Part shown: positions 39,790 through 50,349 of the stretch, one piece after another
Position numbering within the stretch: position 1 is the first letter of the stretch
Layout of the letters: every line of letters begins with the position of its first letter
Origin: Clostridium sp.
GTDB lineage: Bacteria > Bacillota > Clostridia > TANB77 > CAG-508
Direction of reading: 5' to 3'
Assembly: GCA_052174015.1 (NCBI GenBank)
Contig: JBQMXM010000002.1
Coordinates: forward strand, 17,999-81,998
Length of the DNA: 64,000 nucleotides
Notes under the pieces: model-generated
Databases searched by the model: none
The model's input: the letters and a program-made list of their open reading frames with translations, nothing else
Told to the model about the DNA's origin: nothing
Position numbers and translations under genes: made by a program

Positions 39790-41931
39790 TTATAAGTGCA
39801 TTACTCTTAATTTAATTTCTTTTGTTTTTCCTTCATTCCAGAAATTTTCTCCAAGATATCCACAAGTTCTTCTTGTAACATTCATTTTTGCATGGTCTTT
39901 ATTATGACAGTTTGGACATTCCCATTCTAAATCATCATTTATTATAATTTCTCCTGAATATCCACATTCATGACAGTAGTCTGATTTTGTATTAAATTCT
40001 GCATATTGTATATTTTCATAAATATATTTAACTACTTCCTCTAATGCTTCTAGATTATTTTCCATATTAGGAATTTCTATATATGAAATACATCCTCCTG
40101 TTGATAATGTTTGGAAAGAATTTTCAAATTTTAATTTGTCAAAAGCATTTATTTTTTCACGTACATCTACATGGTAACTATTTGTATAATATCCTTTATC
40201 TGTAACATCTTTAATATTTCCAAATTTTTCTTTATCTACTCTTGCAAATCTATAGCATAGACTTTCTGCTGGTGTTCCATAAAGTGCAAACCCTATATTT
40301 GTTTCTTCAGCCCATCTTTTTACAGTCTTACTTAAATATTCTATAACTTCATGTGCAAATTCACTTCCATCTGATTCTGTATGACTTTTTCCTGTCATTA
40401 GTTTTGTCATTTCATATACTCCGATATATCCAAGTGATATTGTTGAATATTTATTATATAAGTATTCATCTATTTTTTCACCTTTTTTAAGTCTTGCTAT
40501 TGCTCCATATTGCCAATGAATTGGTGAATAATCTGAAGTTACTCCTTTTAAGGCATTATGTCTGCACATTAATGCATCAAAACACAATTCTAATCTTTCA
40601 TCTAATAATTTATAGAATTTTTCTTTATTTTGGTCTGCTATTATTGCTATTTGTGGTAAATTTAAACTTACAACCCCTTGATTAAATCTTCCTTCAAATT
40701 TATAGTTTCCATCTTTATCTTTATATGGTGATAAGAATGACCTACATCCCATTGGTCCAAATACATTTCCTTCATAGTTTTCACGCATTTTTTTAGCTGA
40801 AATATAGTCAGGATATAGTCTTTTTGATGAACATTTTATAGCAAGTTTTGTTAAGTAATCATATTTTCCACCTGTTAAATTATTACATTCATCAAGTACA
40901 TATACTAATTTAGGAAATGCTGGTGTTACATAGATTCCTTTTTCATTTTGTATCCCTTTATATCTTTGAATTAAAACTTCTTCTATAATTTTAGCTATTT
41001 CTTTTTCATACTCATGTCCTTCTTCTATATACATAAACATTGTAACGAACGGACTTTGACCATTTGTTGTCATTAAAGTATTAATTTGATATTGAATTGT
41101 TTGTACACCTGAAGATAAGTCTTCATCTGTACGTATTTGAGCAAATTTTTCTGCTTGCTCTACAGCATCTTTTGCTCCTTGTTCTTCAAAATGTTTTAAA
41201 TATTTCTTATAATATTTATCATATGTTTTTCTTAAATATTTACCTAAGTGTGCAATATTTACAGTTTGACCACCATATTGATTACTAGCAACTGCTGCAA
41301 TGATTTGAGTCATAACAGTACATGCAACTTGAAAACTTTTAGGACTTTCTATCATTTTTCCATTCATAACTGTTCCATTATCTAACATATCTTCTATATT
41401 AATTAAACAACAGTTAAACATTGGTTGTATAAAATAGTCTCTATCATGGAAATGTAATATTCCTTCTTTATGTGCATTTACAATTCTTTCTGGTAAAAGT
41501 ATTCTATCAACTATATCTTTTGATACTTCTCCTGCTATTAAATCTCTTTGTGTAGATAATAGCACTGAATTCTTATTACTATTTTCTTCTGATACATCCT
41601 TATTTGAATTTCTTACTAAACTCATAATACTTTCATCTGTTGTATTAACTTGTCTTACTATAGATCTTTTTTCTCTATATAACATATATTTTTTTGCTAA
41701 TTGATATCTTTTTAATTCCATTAATTTTGTTTCAACAAAATCTTGTATTTCTTCTATAGTTATTTTATCTTTATTTAATTTTGTTATTTCTTCTATTATC
41801 TTTTTTATTTCTTTCATTGTAGCCTTGTCTTGTTCTTCTACTTCTCTATTTGCTTTACTAATTGCTACAACAATTCTATTTGTATCATATTCTACGATAT
41901 CCCCATTTCTTTTAACTACCTTCATTTCCAT
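39790..41931 (-). CDS. nrdD: Anaerobic ribonucleoside-triphosphate reductase (glycyl-radical enzyme).
   Basis: N-terminal ATP-cone, the C-terminal glycyl-radical motif RTCGYLG, and a zinc ribbon CHECG...CPNC. Confidence 0.9.
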   Translation of the reverse strand: MEMKVVKRNGDIVEYDTNRIVVAISKANREVEEQDKATMKEIKKIIEEITKLNKDKITIEEIQDFVETKLMELKRYQLAKKYMLYREKRSIVRQVNTTDESIMSLVRNSNKDVSEENSNKNSVLLSTQRDLIAGEVSKDIVDRILLPERIVNAHKEGILHFHDRDYFIQPMFNCCLINIEDMLDNGTVMNGKMIESPKSFQVACTVMTQIIAAVASNQYGGQTVNIAHLGKYLRKTYDKYYKKYLKHFEEQGAKDAVEQAEKFAQIRTDEDLSSGVQTIQYQINTLMTTNGQSPFVTMFMYIEEGHEYEKEIAKIIEEVLIQRYKGIQNEKGIYVTPAFPKLVYVLDECNNLTGGKYDYLTKLAIKCSSKRLYPDYISAKKMRENYEGNVFGPMGCRSFLSPYKDKDGNYKFEGRFNQGVVSLNLPQIAIIADQNKEKFYKLLDERLELCFDALMCRHNALKGVTSDYSPIHWQYGAIARLKKGEKIDEYLYNKYSTISLGYIGVYEMTKLMTGKSHTESDGSEFAHEVIEYLSKTVKRWAEETNIGFALYGTPAESLCYRFARVDKEKFGNIKDVTDKGYYTNSYHVDVREKINAFDKLKFENSFQTLSTGGCISYIEIPNMENNLEALEEVVKYIYENIQYAEFNTKSDYCHECGYSGEIIINDDLEWECPNCHNKDHAKMNVTRRTCGYLGENFWNEGKTKEIKLRVMHL

Positions 41932-42480
41932 TTTATCCTTTCATTTTACTATTTTATTTTAAATTTGATTTTCAGCCTTTATATTTTTAAAATTTTATTT
42001 TAAAATCATATTTTTATAAAAAAACATTTTTTTATTTTTACTTAAAAAAATATTTTTTATCTCTTTAGCTCATGGTTATAATATATACTTTTTAATATTA
42101 AAAGTCAAAATGTTTTTAACAAAATGTAATATATCTCTAATATACTTATTTTTAAACGAATAACTAGATTTGCAACTACTATACATAAAAAGTAATTAAA
42201 TGGTATTGCTTGATATACAAGGGTTTCAGGAAAATTAAAAATAATGCTAAAAATATATTTTTTTAACATATTTTTAACATTTCTCTAGATTTTCATTATA
42301 AATTTAATTATATTTACTATAATCAAGTTACATAATGACTGTAATATACTTTTTATTCCAAAAATTAAATTTTTTAAAAAAAGATTTTTTTACATTTAAA
42401 TCATTTTTATATTTTTTATTTGTATGTTTTATTAAATTATCATAACTTTTTATGTCTTCCTATTATTGAAAAATTCATAT

Positions 42481-42508
42481 AAAAAAGATGTATACTAAAG
42501 TATACATC
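42481..42508 (-). terminator. Rho-independent terminator for rnpB: perfect 9-bp stem GATGTATAC/GTATACATC, then a T6 run on the minus strand.
   Basis: Inverted repeat and A6 run (plus strand) read from the sequence. Confidence 0.65.
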
Positions 42509-42856
42509 TAGGCAAACAATAAGCCGGGTTCTGTCATGTAGTCATTTATCTCGAATTAATATTACTATTAATCTCTAGCCGCTCAGGACGGAGGAACGTT
42601 AGAGCTCTTATTTACTCCGAATTACAAGGCGTTGCTCCAGATAGGGTTTACACAAAAATTATATCACTATAACTTTTAGTGAGCTCTTACCTCACTTTTT
42701 CACCATTGCTTATTTAAGCTGTTTTTTTCTGTTGCACTTTCCCTAAGATTACTCTCGCTGGACGTTATCCAGTATCATGCTCTAATGGAGCCCGGACTTT
42801 CCTCATATACTTAGCTTTCGCATGTTATACGCGACTACTGGTCTACCTATTGTTAT
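42508..42856 (-). ncRNA. rnpB: RNase P RNA, bacterial type A.
   Basis: Minus strand contains GAGGAAAGUCCGGGCUCC (5' strand of P4), GGUGAAA..GUGAGGUAAGAGCUCAC (P10-P12 region) and the 3' ACAGAACCCGGCUUAU (3' strand of P4, identical to the E. coli-type sequence). It is the only large GC-enriched non-coding island in the window. Confidence 0.85.
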
Positions 42857-42882
42857 TATATCATATTTATATATTTTTTCAA

Positions 42883-43614
42883 TTAGATTTCTGCATTATG
42901 GAATACATTTTGCACATCATCTAAATCTTCTAATGAATTTATTAGTTTTTCTAATTTTTCTTGTTGTACTTCATCTAAATTTACAGTGTTTTGTGGTACT
43001 TGTTCTATATTTGCTTCTAATATTTCTATATTTAAGCTTTCTAATATGTTTAATATTTTAGAAAATTCTTTTACATCTGTTAAAACTTCATATATTTCTT
43101 CAAAACTCTTTATATCTTCAATATCTCCATCATTTTCTAATATTTTTTCAAATAATTCTTCTTCCTCTAAATTAGTACTTTCTTTTGATAATACTATCAC
43201 TCCTTTTTTATCAAACATGTATGAAACACAACCTGTAACTCCTAAATTACCACCATGTTTACTAAATAAGTGACGAACTTCTGATGCTGTTCTATTTTTA
43301 TTATCTGTCATAGCTTCAACTATTATAGCTGTTCCAGAAATTCCATATCCTTCATAAGTAATTTGTTCAAAGTTTTCTGTATTATTTGCTCCACTTGCTT
43401 TTTTTATTGCATTTTTAATTGTATCATTAGGCATATTATTTGCTTTTGCTTTAGCAATAACTGCTTGTAATGTTGAATTTGATTGTGGATCTGCTCCACC
43501 TTGTTTTACTGCAACATATATTTCTCTACCTAATTTTGTAAAAATTTTTCCACGTTGTGCATCTTGTTTACCTTTTCTTGCTTGTATGTTATGCCATTTA
43601 CTATGTCCTGCCAT
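42883..43614 (-). CDS. yebC: YebC/PmpR-family transcriptional regulator.
   Basis: MAGHSKWHNIQARKGKQDAQRGKIFTKLGREI N-terminus. Confidence 0.9.
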   Translation of the reverse strand: MAGHSKWHNIQARKGKQDAQRGKIFTKLGREIYVAVKQGGADPQSNSTLQAVIAKAKANNMPNDTIKNAIKKASGANNTENFEQITYEGYGISGTAIIVEAMTDNKNRTASEVRHLFSKHGGNLGVTGCVSYMFDKKGVIVLSKESTNLEEEELFEKILENDGDIEDIKSFEEIYEVLTDVKEFSKILNILESLNIEILEANIEQVPQNTVNLDEVQQEKLEKLINSLEDLDDVQNVFHNAEI

Positions 43615-43655
43615 CTTTGCCTCTCTTTCTCCTTAAATATTCTATCATAATTTAC

Positions 43656-45515
43656 TTATTTTTTAAAGTGTTTTAAGTTTAAAGATGCAACTATAACTTC
43701 TGATATTTCTTCTATATTTTCTATATTTTTTATCTTTCCCTTATTATATCCAAAAAATGTTTTAAATATTGCATTTTCTTTTGATATTTCTTTTGGTTGT
43801 ATCCATTTTATATATTGTTCATATCTTAATAAATTTTTCTTAATATTAATTCCTTTTAATGTGAATCCATATTCATTTATCTTTTTAGCTATTTTAGCTA
43901 ATATATATGTTAATATAAATACTAAGATTGATATTTTAATATCAATATATTTAAATAATGTAAACAATGTTAATGGTAAAATTAATATCAATATTATTGA
44001 AAAGTCAGTCCTATGTCTTCTTCTACTATATATTCCTTTTTTAGTTAACATTACATTTTCATAGTCTATCTGTTTATGTATTTCATCTATTATTTTTGAA
44101 GAATATTTTCTAAACATTTTTTCTAAGTCTGAATATTCTACAAAATTAACATTATTTACATCTGCTCTATATATTTTTTCTAATATATATTTATCTATAT
44201 AGTCTAATTGTTGTAATTCTTTTTCTGTTTTATCTAATATATATACACCTTTCTTTTCAAATTGTATATAGTTATATTCATTTAATTTTACGAGTATTGC
44301 AGTTACTAAATTTTTTATATCTAATATGTTATTATACAATGTGCTTGTATTTAATATATATACTAATAATAGGTTGTTTCCTAATTTATTATTTTTTGTT
44401 TTCCTTAAATCTTTTTCAAAATTTATTCTCTTCTTATTTTTAAGCCCATTTATAATATCTAAAATATAGTATAAGTATTGTAATATAATTAATACATAAA
44501 GTGCATATGTTAAATATTTCCTATAAACATATTCATTATAGTTTCTAGCTTTTTTATGCTCTAAGAATTTTTTGAATGTTTCTTTTTCTACTTTTTCAAT
44601 CTCTAAAACATTACCCATTACTATTTTTTCAAAATCTTTTCCATATTTTTCATTAATTTGATTTTTTTCAAAAATTAAGTACATTTTACCATTATTATTT
44701 GGTGGAAAATTATATACTTGTAAGTTAAATTGATTATCTTTTAATTTTAATGTATTACTTGGTAATGACATAAAGAAATTAGCAAATTTCCTATTTTCAA
44801 TACTATTTTTAAATTTAACTTTAAGATTATACCTATTTATCCATTTAGGACTTTCTACTATAAGGTTTTGATTAGAGTTTTGCCACATCTTTGTTGAAAT
44901 TGGCATTTTTAAAGCATAATAGTTATCTGAATATACTCCAACTAGTCTTTTAGTTGTATATGTAATTTCATAACTTAAATATTTTGGATTTTTTTCAAAT
45001 TGAATCTTATCTCCACCTTCAATTACTTTTAATTCTTCTTTTTTAAATAATGTATTTCCAAAAACTTTAATATTTATTGGTGAAAGCTCCTTATCATTTA
45101 TCTCCTTATATACATCTACTATTTTAGTTAAATTCTTCTCAAATACTATTTTTTCTTTTACATCTATTCTTCCATCTTCTAATATTTCAAGTGTAGTTTC
45201 TTGATAATCTATTCCATCAATGTATTTTTGTTTTGGTAATATTATTAATAATATTGTTAATATAATTATTAATACAATATACATCCTTTTAAAAATCTTG
45301 TTTGAATTTAATACTACTTTAATATTATCTAAAATTTTATTTATTTTTTTCTTTTTAGCTATTTCTTTGCGAATCTTTTTTCTCTCTAAAATATCACTTT
45401 TAGTTTCTCTAGTTTTTTTAACTTTTTCTTCTTTTTCTTTTGCTTGTATTTTAGTAGTTTTTAATTCTTTATTTTTTTCTTTGTTCTTTTCTTTTTTTCT
45501 ATTCCATTTTATCAT
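43656..45515 (-). CDS. Large Lys-rich membrane protein of unknown function (DUF2207-like architecture: N-terminal TM, extracytoplasmic domain, C-terminal TM pair).
   Basis: Hydrophobicity pattern only, with low-confidence family resemblance. Its start overlaps the stop of the upstream Fic gene by 4 bp (ATGA). Confidence 0.35.
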   Translation of the reverse strand: MIKWNRKKEKNKEKNKELKTTKIQAKEKEEKVKKTRETKSDILERKKIRKEIAKKKKINKILDNIKVVLNSNKIFKRMYIVLIIILTILLIILPKQKYIDGIDYQETTLEILEDGRIDVKEKIVFEKNLTKIVDVYKEINDKELSPINIKVFGNTLFKKEELKVIEGGDKIQFEKNPKYLSYEITYTTKRLVGVYSDNYYALKMPISTKMWQNSNQNLIVESPKWINRYNLKVKFKNSIENRKFANFFMSLPSNTLKLKDNQFNLQVYNFPPNNNGKMYLIFEKNQINEKYGKDFEKIVMGNVLEIEKVEKETFKKFLEHKKARNYNEYVYRKYLTYALYVLIILQYLYYILDIINGLKNKKRINFEKDLRKTKNNKLGNNLLLVYILNTSTLYNNILDIKNLVTAILVKLNEYNYIQFEKKGVYILDKTEKELQQLDYIDKYILEKIYRADVNNVNFVEYSDLEKMFRKYSSKIIDEIHKQIDYENVMLTKKGIYSRRRHRTDFSIILILILPLTLFTLFKYIDIKISILVFILTYILAKIAKKINEYGFTLKGINIKKNLLRYEQYIKWIQPKEISKENAIFKTFFGYNKGKIKNIENIEEISEVIVASLNLKHFKK

Positions 45516-46453
45516 CTTTCGTATAAACTCCTATAAACTATTTCATTTAATGTACTATTATCATATACAGATTTTTTCATTGCATTCATAAATTCTTCTG
45601 TAGGTATATTTTTAAGTGTAAATAAATATCCAAAAATATATGCTATTTCTCTAAAAACTTCTCTAGTTGCTCTACCATTTCCTTCTCTAAATGGATGTAA
45701 TACATTTAAGTCTGCTAAATATTTGGTAAGTAATCTTGCTAATTCTTGTTTTAGTTGTTTCTTTTTAATATTTATTTCTTTTTTCTTAAAATTAATCTTA
45801 TTCCTACTTAATATATTTTCATTTGCTACTAATAACTTAATAAATTCTGTATTCATTTCTTTAAATATATTTTCTGCTTGTTCTTGTATAAACATATGCC
45901 CTGCAAATACAAATGTATCTTTAGACATATTTACTGTTCTAAATTCTCCTGCAAATGAATATAGCTCATCAAACATTTTTTTATGTATTAACATATATCT
46001 TTCTACAGTTAATATACTTTCTAAGGTATCTTTTTTAAACTTAAATATTTTTTTACAATCATCACTATAGTCATACTCTAAAAATTCATTACGCATTTTT
46101 TCTCTTAAAATATACATCTTAAGCATAACTACTCTTTTTTCTACTTGTATTAAATGTTCTCTATCTTTTATGCCTAATTCATTTTTTAAGATGTTTGTAT
46201 TAGTATAACAATAATAGTCTTGTTCATTATCTATACTATCACTATTAAGTACATATACTTTATCTAAATCTATATCTATTTCTTTGCGTATATCTTCAAT
46301 TATTTTTTTAGTTCTTTTATGTCTTGCAATCTTCTTTTTTTTAATTAACTTTTTTGCACTTATTTTCCTTGTTTTTTTCTTATCCATAAACAACCAACCC
46401 AATTTATCAATTATATTATTATAATAATACAATAATATAATCAAAATATACAT
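45512..46453 (-). CDS. Fic-family protein (AMPylase-type Fido domain). The probable true start is the internal MDKKKTRK at about 46387.
   Basis: Canonical Fic motif HPFREGNGRATR near the C-terminus. No obvious [ST]xxxE[GN] auto-inhibitory motif was found. Confidence 0.75.
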   Translation of the reverse strand: MYILIILLYYYNNIIDKLGWLFMDKKKTRKISAKKLIKKKKIARHKRTKKIIEDIRKEIDIDLDKVYVLNSDSIDNEQDYYCYTNTNILKNELGIKDREHLIQVEKRVVMLKMYILREKMRNEFLEYDYSDDCKKIFKFKKDTLESILTVERYMLIHKKMFDELYSFAGEFRTVNMSKDTFVFAGHMFIQEQAENIFKEMNTEFIKLLVANENILSRNKINFKKKEINIKKKQLKQELARLLTKYLADLNVLHPFREGNGRATREVFREIAYIFGYLFTLKNIPTEEFMNAMKKSVYDNSTLNEIVYRSLYER

Positions 46454-46562
46454 ATACTATACAATATTTTAATATTCATTTAACAAAACAATAAATAAAG
46501 AAAAAGAAAGAATAAAAAACAAAAATAAGTTAAACATTTAATTTAACTTATTTCTTTTTCCA

Positions 46563-48237
46563 TTAGTCTTTTATCTTCCATACACCTTGAGTTTGTTCTT
46601 CAATCATACTTGCATCTAAGTATACTACTGGTCTTAAATAACTCATTTCTGTAGCAATATTTATATAATCTAAATGTGCATCAAAAAGATAAGTTCCACT
46701 AATAAAATTTTCTCTTATAAGACGAACATAAGAATATATATAATTTGAATCTGCACTTATATAACGAGTAGAAAGCCAATAAGATCTTCCTTTAAAAATA
46801 TGATACTTCAATTTCATTTTATTTTCTTTTACTTTTGGATCTGTTACTAAATCTGCATCATAATTTTCTAAATTATACCTATCATTATTAAAGTACTGCT
46901 TATCTGAACTACTTCCATTATCGTTATAACTACTTAATGTTGGATAATATGATAAAGTTCTAAAAGCTGGATTCATATAATTAGAATTAAATTTTTTCTT
47001 TTCTTGTTCTGTAAAATCTGTATAATCTTCACCTTTCATTATTTTAACAATGTCTTCCATTGTCATGCTTCTTGCACCAGTCCCTATTATTGTTTTTATT
47101 TGTGTTTCAGTTTCTCCTGTATACTTATTACCTGTTTGGTATGTAGTAACAACTTGTTTAGCACCTTTTCCATATCCATATACGCTACACATTGAATGTA
47201 ATTCTTCTTCTGCATATAACCATCCTATTCCACCTTTTAATGTAAATAGACCCAAATATGTACCTGATACACCGATTAATAAGTCCTTTAGACATTACCT
47301 TTATTTGGTTGTTTGAATTAGAAATAACTATCCATTCATTGTGATTAGATTTAGCAGTTATTGTTTGTGTACCATATCCATTACCACCATTTCTTGCAGT
47401 ACCCTTATATGATGTATATGTAAGTTTTGATGTATTTGTTACACCTTTGGTTGGGTCATAAATTACAGTATCTCCTACTTGTGGTCTGTTTATAATAGAG
47501 TCTACAAATTTACCACTATATGCTATATATGTATAATCATATCTATTGTTTCTTTTTTCTTCTAAGAGGTTTAAACTTATTTTTTTAGAACTAGTATTAA
47601 TTTCTCTTACTCCAAATTCAAATTTTAATGTGTTTTCTAATAGGTTTGTATCTGAACCTATAAATGCTTCTGGTATATCTGAATTTTCCATTTCAGGATA
47701 TCTATATTTTAATCTATATACTTCATTTAATCTATTATATGTTTCTAAATATGTTTTAAATTTTTGATCTGTTATTCCACTTGTACTTATACTACTAGAA
47801 TCTAATTTTTTTTCTATTATAGCTAAGCTTTTTCCTATATTCTTTTTTTCTGTCTTATTTATTATTCTTAATTTTTTACCAACATTGTTTTCTACATTAT
47901 TATATGTATATTTTATATTATAGTCATATTCCATTATTACATTTGAATTATCATTATATTTTAATTCTGAAATGGTTAATGTTGCATCTTTTACTCCTTC
48001 AACTTTTTTTATTAATTCTAATTCTTGAAAAGGTTTATTAAAAAATTGATTTAGATTTGCATTTACTTTGTCTGCTTGTCCTAATTCTCTTTTTAATACA
48101 TCTTCTTTTTGTACTCCATTTAATATTAATGTTGTTACTAATGTAAGTACAGTTATTATTATAGTGAATGCTAAAATATATGATATTAATGTTGTTAGTG
48201 TTATACCTTTTCTATCTTTTAATCTTATGTTTTTCAT
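46563..48237 (-). pseudogene. Frameshifted paralog of the 212..1618 large prepilin-like protein. Two overlapping ORFs (47185..48237 and 46563..47255) need a -1 correction near 47274..47280 to give one protein of about 555 aa.
   Basis: N-terminal part has a prepilin-type leader (MKNIRLKDRKG|ITLTTL) and ...VGDTVIYDPTKGVTNTSKLTYTS...NQIKVMSKGLI. The second frame continues ...FTLKGGIGWLYAEEELH... and ends WKIKD. Both halves align colinearly with ORF 212..1618. Manual translation places the frame break in ttattaatcgg. Confidence 0.6.
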
Positions 48238-49109
48238 TTGTTCCTCTTTATATACATATTACAAATATTTGCATAATCAATATTTGTTAATTTTTCTGGC
48301 CTTATTCTTTCATCTATTTCTAATTCTGTTAATATTTCTTTTAAAACTTCTATATTGAATTGTCCTGTTAGTTTTAATGAGTTTAAAAATGTTTTTCTTC
48401 TATGCAAAAATGCTGATTTTACTATTCTAAAATACATTTTTTCGTTATCTACTTTTGGATATGGTTCTTTTCTAATCTCAAACCCTATTATCTGACTATC
48501 TACTTTTGGTATTGGTAAAAAGTTACTCTTATTAACTTCTATCTCTCCTAAATATTCTGTAAAATATTGTGTATAATATGTTAATGATGATATTTCTTTA
48601 CCTTTTGAAGTTGGTTTTAATCTTTCTGCTACTTCTTTTTGTACCATAATATATATTTGTGATATATATTTTTGTTCTGCTAATAGTTTTAAAATTATTG
48701 GAGTTGTAATATAGTATGGTATATTTGCAACTACTTTTAATTTAGTTTTTGATATATCTATATTTTTATTAAATAATATCTTATTTAATTGTTTAGTTAA
48801 ATCTATCTCCATTATATCTGCTGAAATTAAAGTAAAGTTTTTGTATAAGAAAAATCTATCTTCTAATGGTTTTAATAGCTCTTTGTCTATTTCTATTGAT
48901 ATTACTTCTCCTGCTTTTTCTAATAGTTTTGAAGTTAGTGTACCTATTCCAGGACCTATTTCTAATACTATATCTTCTTTACTAATATTTGCAAATTCTA
49001 TCATTTCATCTAAAATTTTTTCATTTATTAAAAAGTTTTGACCAAATTTCTTTTTAAAATTTAAGCCATACTTATTCATTATCATTTTTGTTTCTTCATA
49101 TATATTCAT
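48234..49109 (-). CDS. rsmA: 16S rRNA (adenine1518/1519-N6)-dimethyltransferase.
   Basis: FGQNFLINEKILDEM and the SAM-binding EIGPGIGTLT motif. Confidence 0.9.
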   Translation of the reverse strand: MNIYEETKMIMNKYGLNFKKKFGQNFLINEKILDEMIEFANISKEDIVLEIGPGIGTLTSKLLEKAGEVISIEIDKELLKPLEDRFFLYKNFTLISADIMEIDLTKQLNKILFNKNIDISKTKLKVVANIPYYITTPIILKLLAEQKYISQIYIMVQKEVAERLKPTSKGKEISSLTYYTQYFTEYLGEIEVNKSNFLPIPKVDSQIIGFEIRKEPYPKVDNEKMYFRIVKSAFLHRRKTFLNSLKLTGQFNIEVLKEILTELEIDERIRPEKLTNIDYANICNMYIKRNK

Positions 49110-49177
49110 ATTTTCAGTATATATAATTTTATTGAACTTTTCAAATATTTTTAAAAAAATTTATATAAATATAATAA

Positions 49178-49588
49178 TTATTTATATAAATTTTTACATA
49201 TACTTCCTATTGTTTTTTTAGATAATTCTTTTAACATTTTTTCGTTTAATTCATTATATAATTTTTCCATTATATCTGACATTCCTGATGAAATTAAACA
49301 TGCTTGATTTACATCTCCTGACTTCCATGATTGATTTATTAACTCAATATCTATTACTTCACATATTGTTTTTAAATCTATACTTAATATATCTTCAAGT
49401 AGGTAGTATCCTCCTTCTGGACCACCTTTTGAACCTATTATTTCTGCCTTTCTTAGTTTTGCAAGTACTTTTCTTACTCTTGCTGAGTTTGTACAAATAT
49501 TTTGCGCTAATTGTTCACTTGAAACTATTTCTTTTGTTTTATCTAAATATACTAATGCATGTATTGCTATATTAAATTCGCTAGTCAT
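49178..49588 (-). CDS. Rrf2-family transcriptional regulator.
   Basis: Winged helix (NIAIHALVYLDKTKEIVSSEQLAQNICTNSARVRKVLAKL). No clear Cys triad, so probably not an FeS-liganding type. Confidence 0.75.
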   Translation of the reverse strand: MTSEFNIAIHALVYLDKTKEIVSSEQLAQNICTNSARVRKVLAKLRKAEIIGSKGGPEGGYYLLEDILSIDLKTICEVIDIELINQSWKSGDVNQACLISSGMSDIMEKLYNELNEKMLKELSKKTIGSICKNLYK

Positions 49589-49602
49589 TTTTACCCCTTT
49601 TT

Positions 49603-50349
49603 CTAAAATATTCCAATTATTCCTATACTAATAATATTTACTAGTTCCATTAATGGTTTTAAAAATATAGTTATTATATGTTCACTACCTGGCATTAATA
49701 TTATTAAAAAGAATAGTATTTGTATATATTGTATATTTTCATCTACAAATTCTTTTAATATTTTTGGTAGTATTGGTTTTAATATACCATATCCGTCTAA
49801 TGGTGGTATAGGTATTAAGTTAAATGCTGCAAGCCCTATATTAATATATACTGCATATATTAATATATTTGAAACTTGTGATATTTGTATAATGCTTCCG
49901 ACTTTTAAATATATTATTGATAATATTATAGCTAATATTATATTAAATGCTGGTCCTGCTAATGAGATTATGCTTTCTATTGCTTCAAAAGATAATTTTG
50001 ATTTTCTAAAATTACTTCTTCTAACTTCCACAGGTTTACCCCATCCTATTCCTAAAAATAGTAATGTCATCATACCTATAGGGTCTATATGTTTAATTGG
50101 ATTTAAAGTTATTCTCCCTTTATTTTCTTTATCTCCAAATATATATGCCATTAAGGCATGTCCTGTTTCATGTATTGATAATGCAAGCAATAATCCTGGT
50201 ATTGAATATAGTATCATTTCAAGTCTTTCTATTCTTAATAATAATGGGAAAAACAATAATATTATAACTAATAACATCCATTTTTTATCTATATCCCTAT
50301 AATCCATATTATTCTCCTTCTTGTTTTCTACTAATTGTAATTGGTGCAA
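49603..50349 (-). CDS. M50-family (site-2 protease-like) membrane zinc metalloprotease.
   Basis: HETGH (HExxH) in a TM segment plus the NLIPIPPLDG motif. Confidence 0.75.
   Translation of the reverse strand: MHQLQLVENKKENNMDYRDIDKKWMLLVIILLFFPLLLRIERLEMILYSIPGLLLALSIHETGHALMAYIFGDKENKGRITLNPIKHIDPIGMMTLLFLGIGWGKPVEVRRSNFRKSKLSFEAIESIISLAGPAFNIILAIILSIIYLKVGSIIQISQVSNILIYAVYINIGLAAFNLIPIPPLDGYGILKPILPKILKEFVDENIQYIQILFFLIILMPGSEHIITIFLKPLMELVNIISIGIIGIF

Noticed and set aside
41932-42480. Looked for NrdR-box palindromes upstream of nrdD.
   Set aside because: No convincing 16-bp acaCwAtATaTwGtgt-like palindrome could be identified by eye in the 550-bp AT-rich region.
47185-47316. The pilin-paralog frameshift was considered as a programmed ribosomal frameshift or slipped-strand phase-variation site.
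   Set aside because: The site (ttattaatcgg) has no long homopolymer or slippery X-XXY-YYZ heptamer in the right frame. A pseudogene or sequencing error is more parsimonious.
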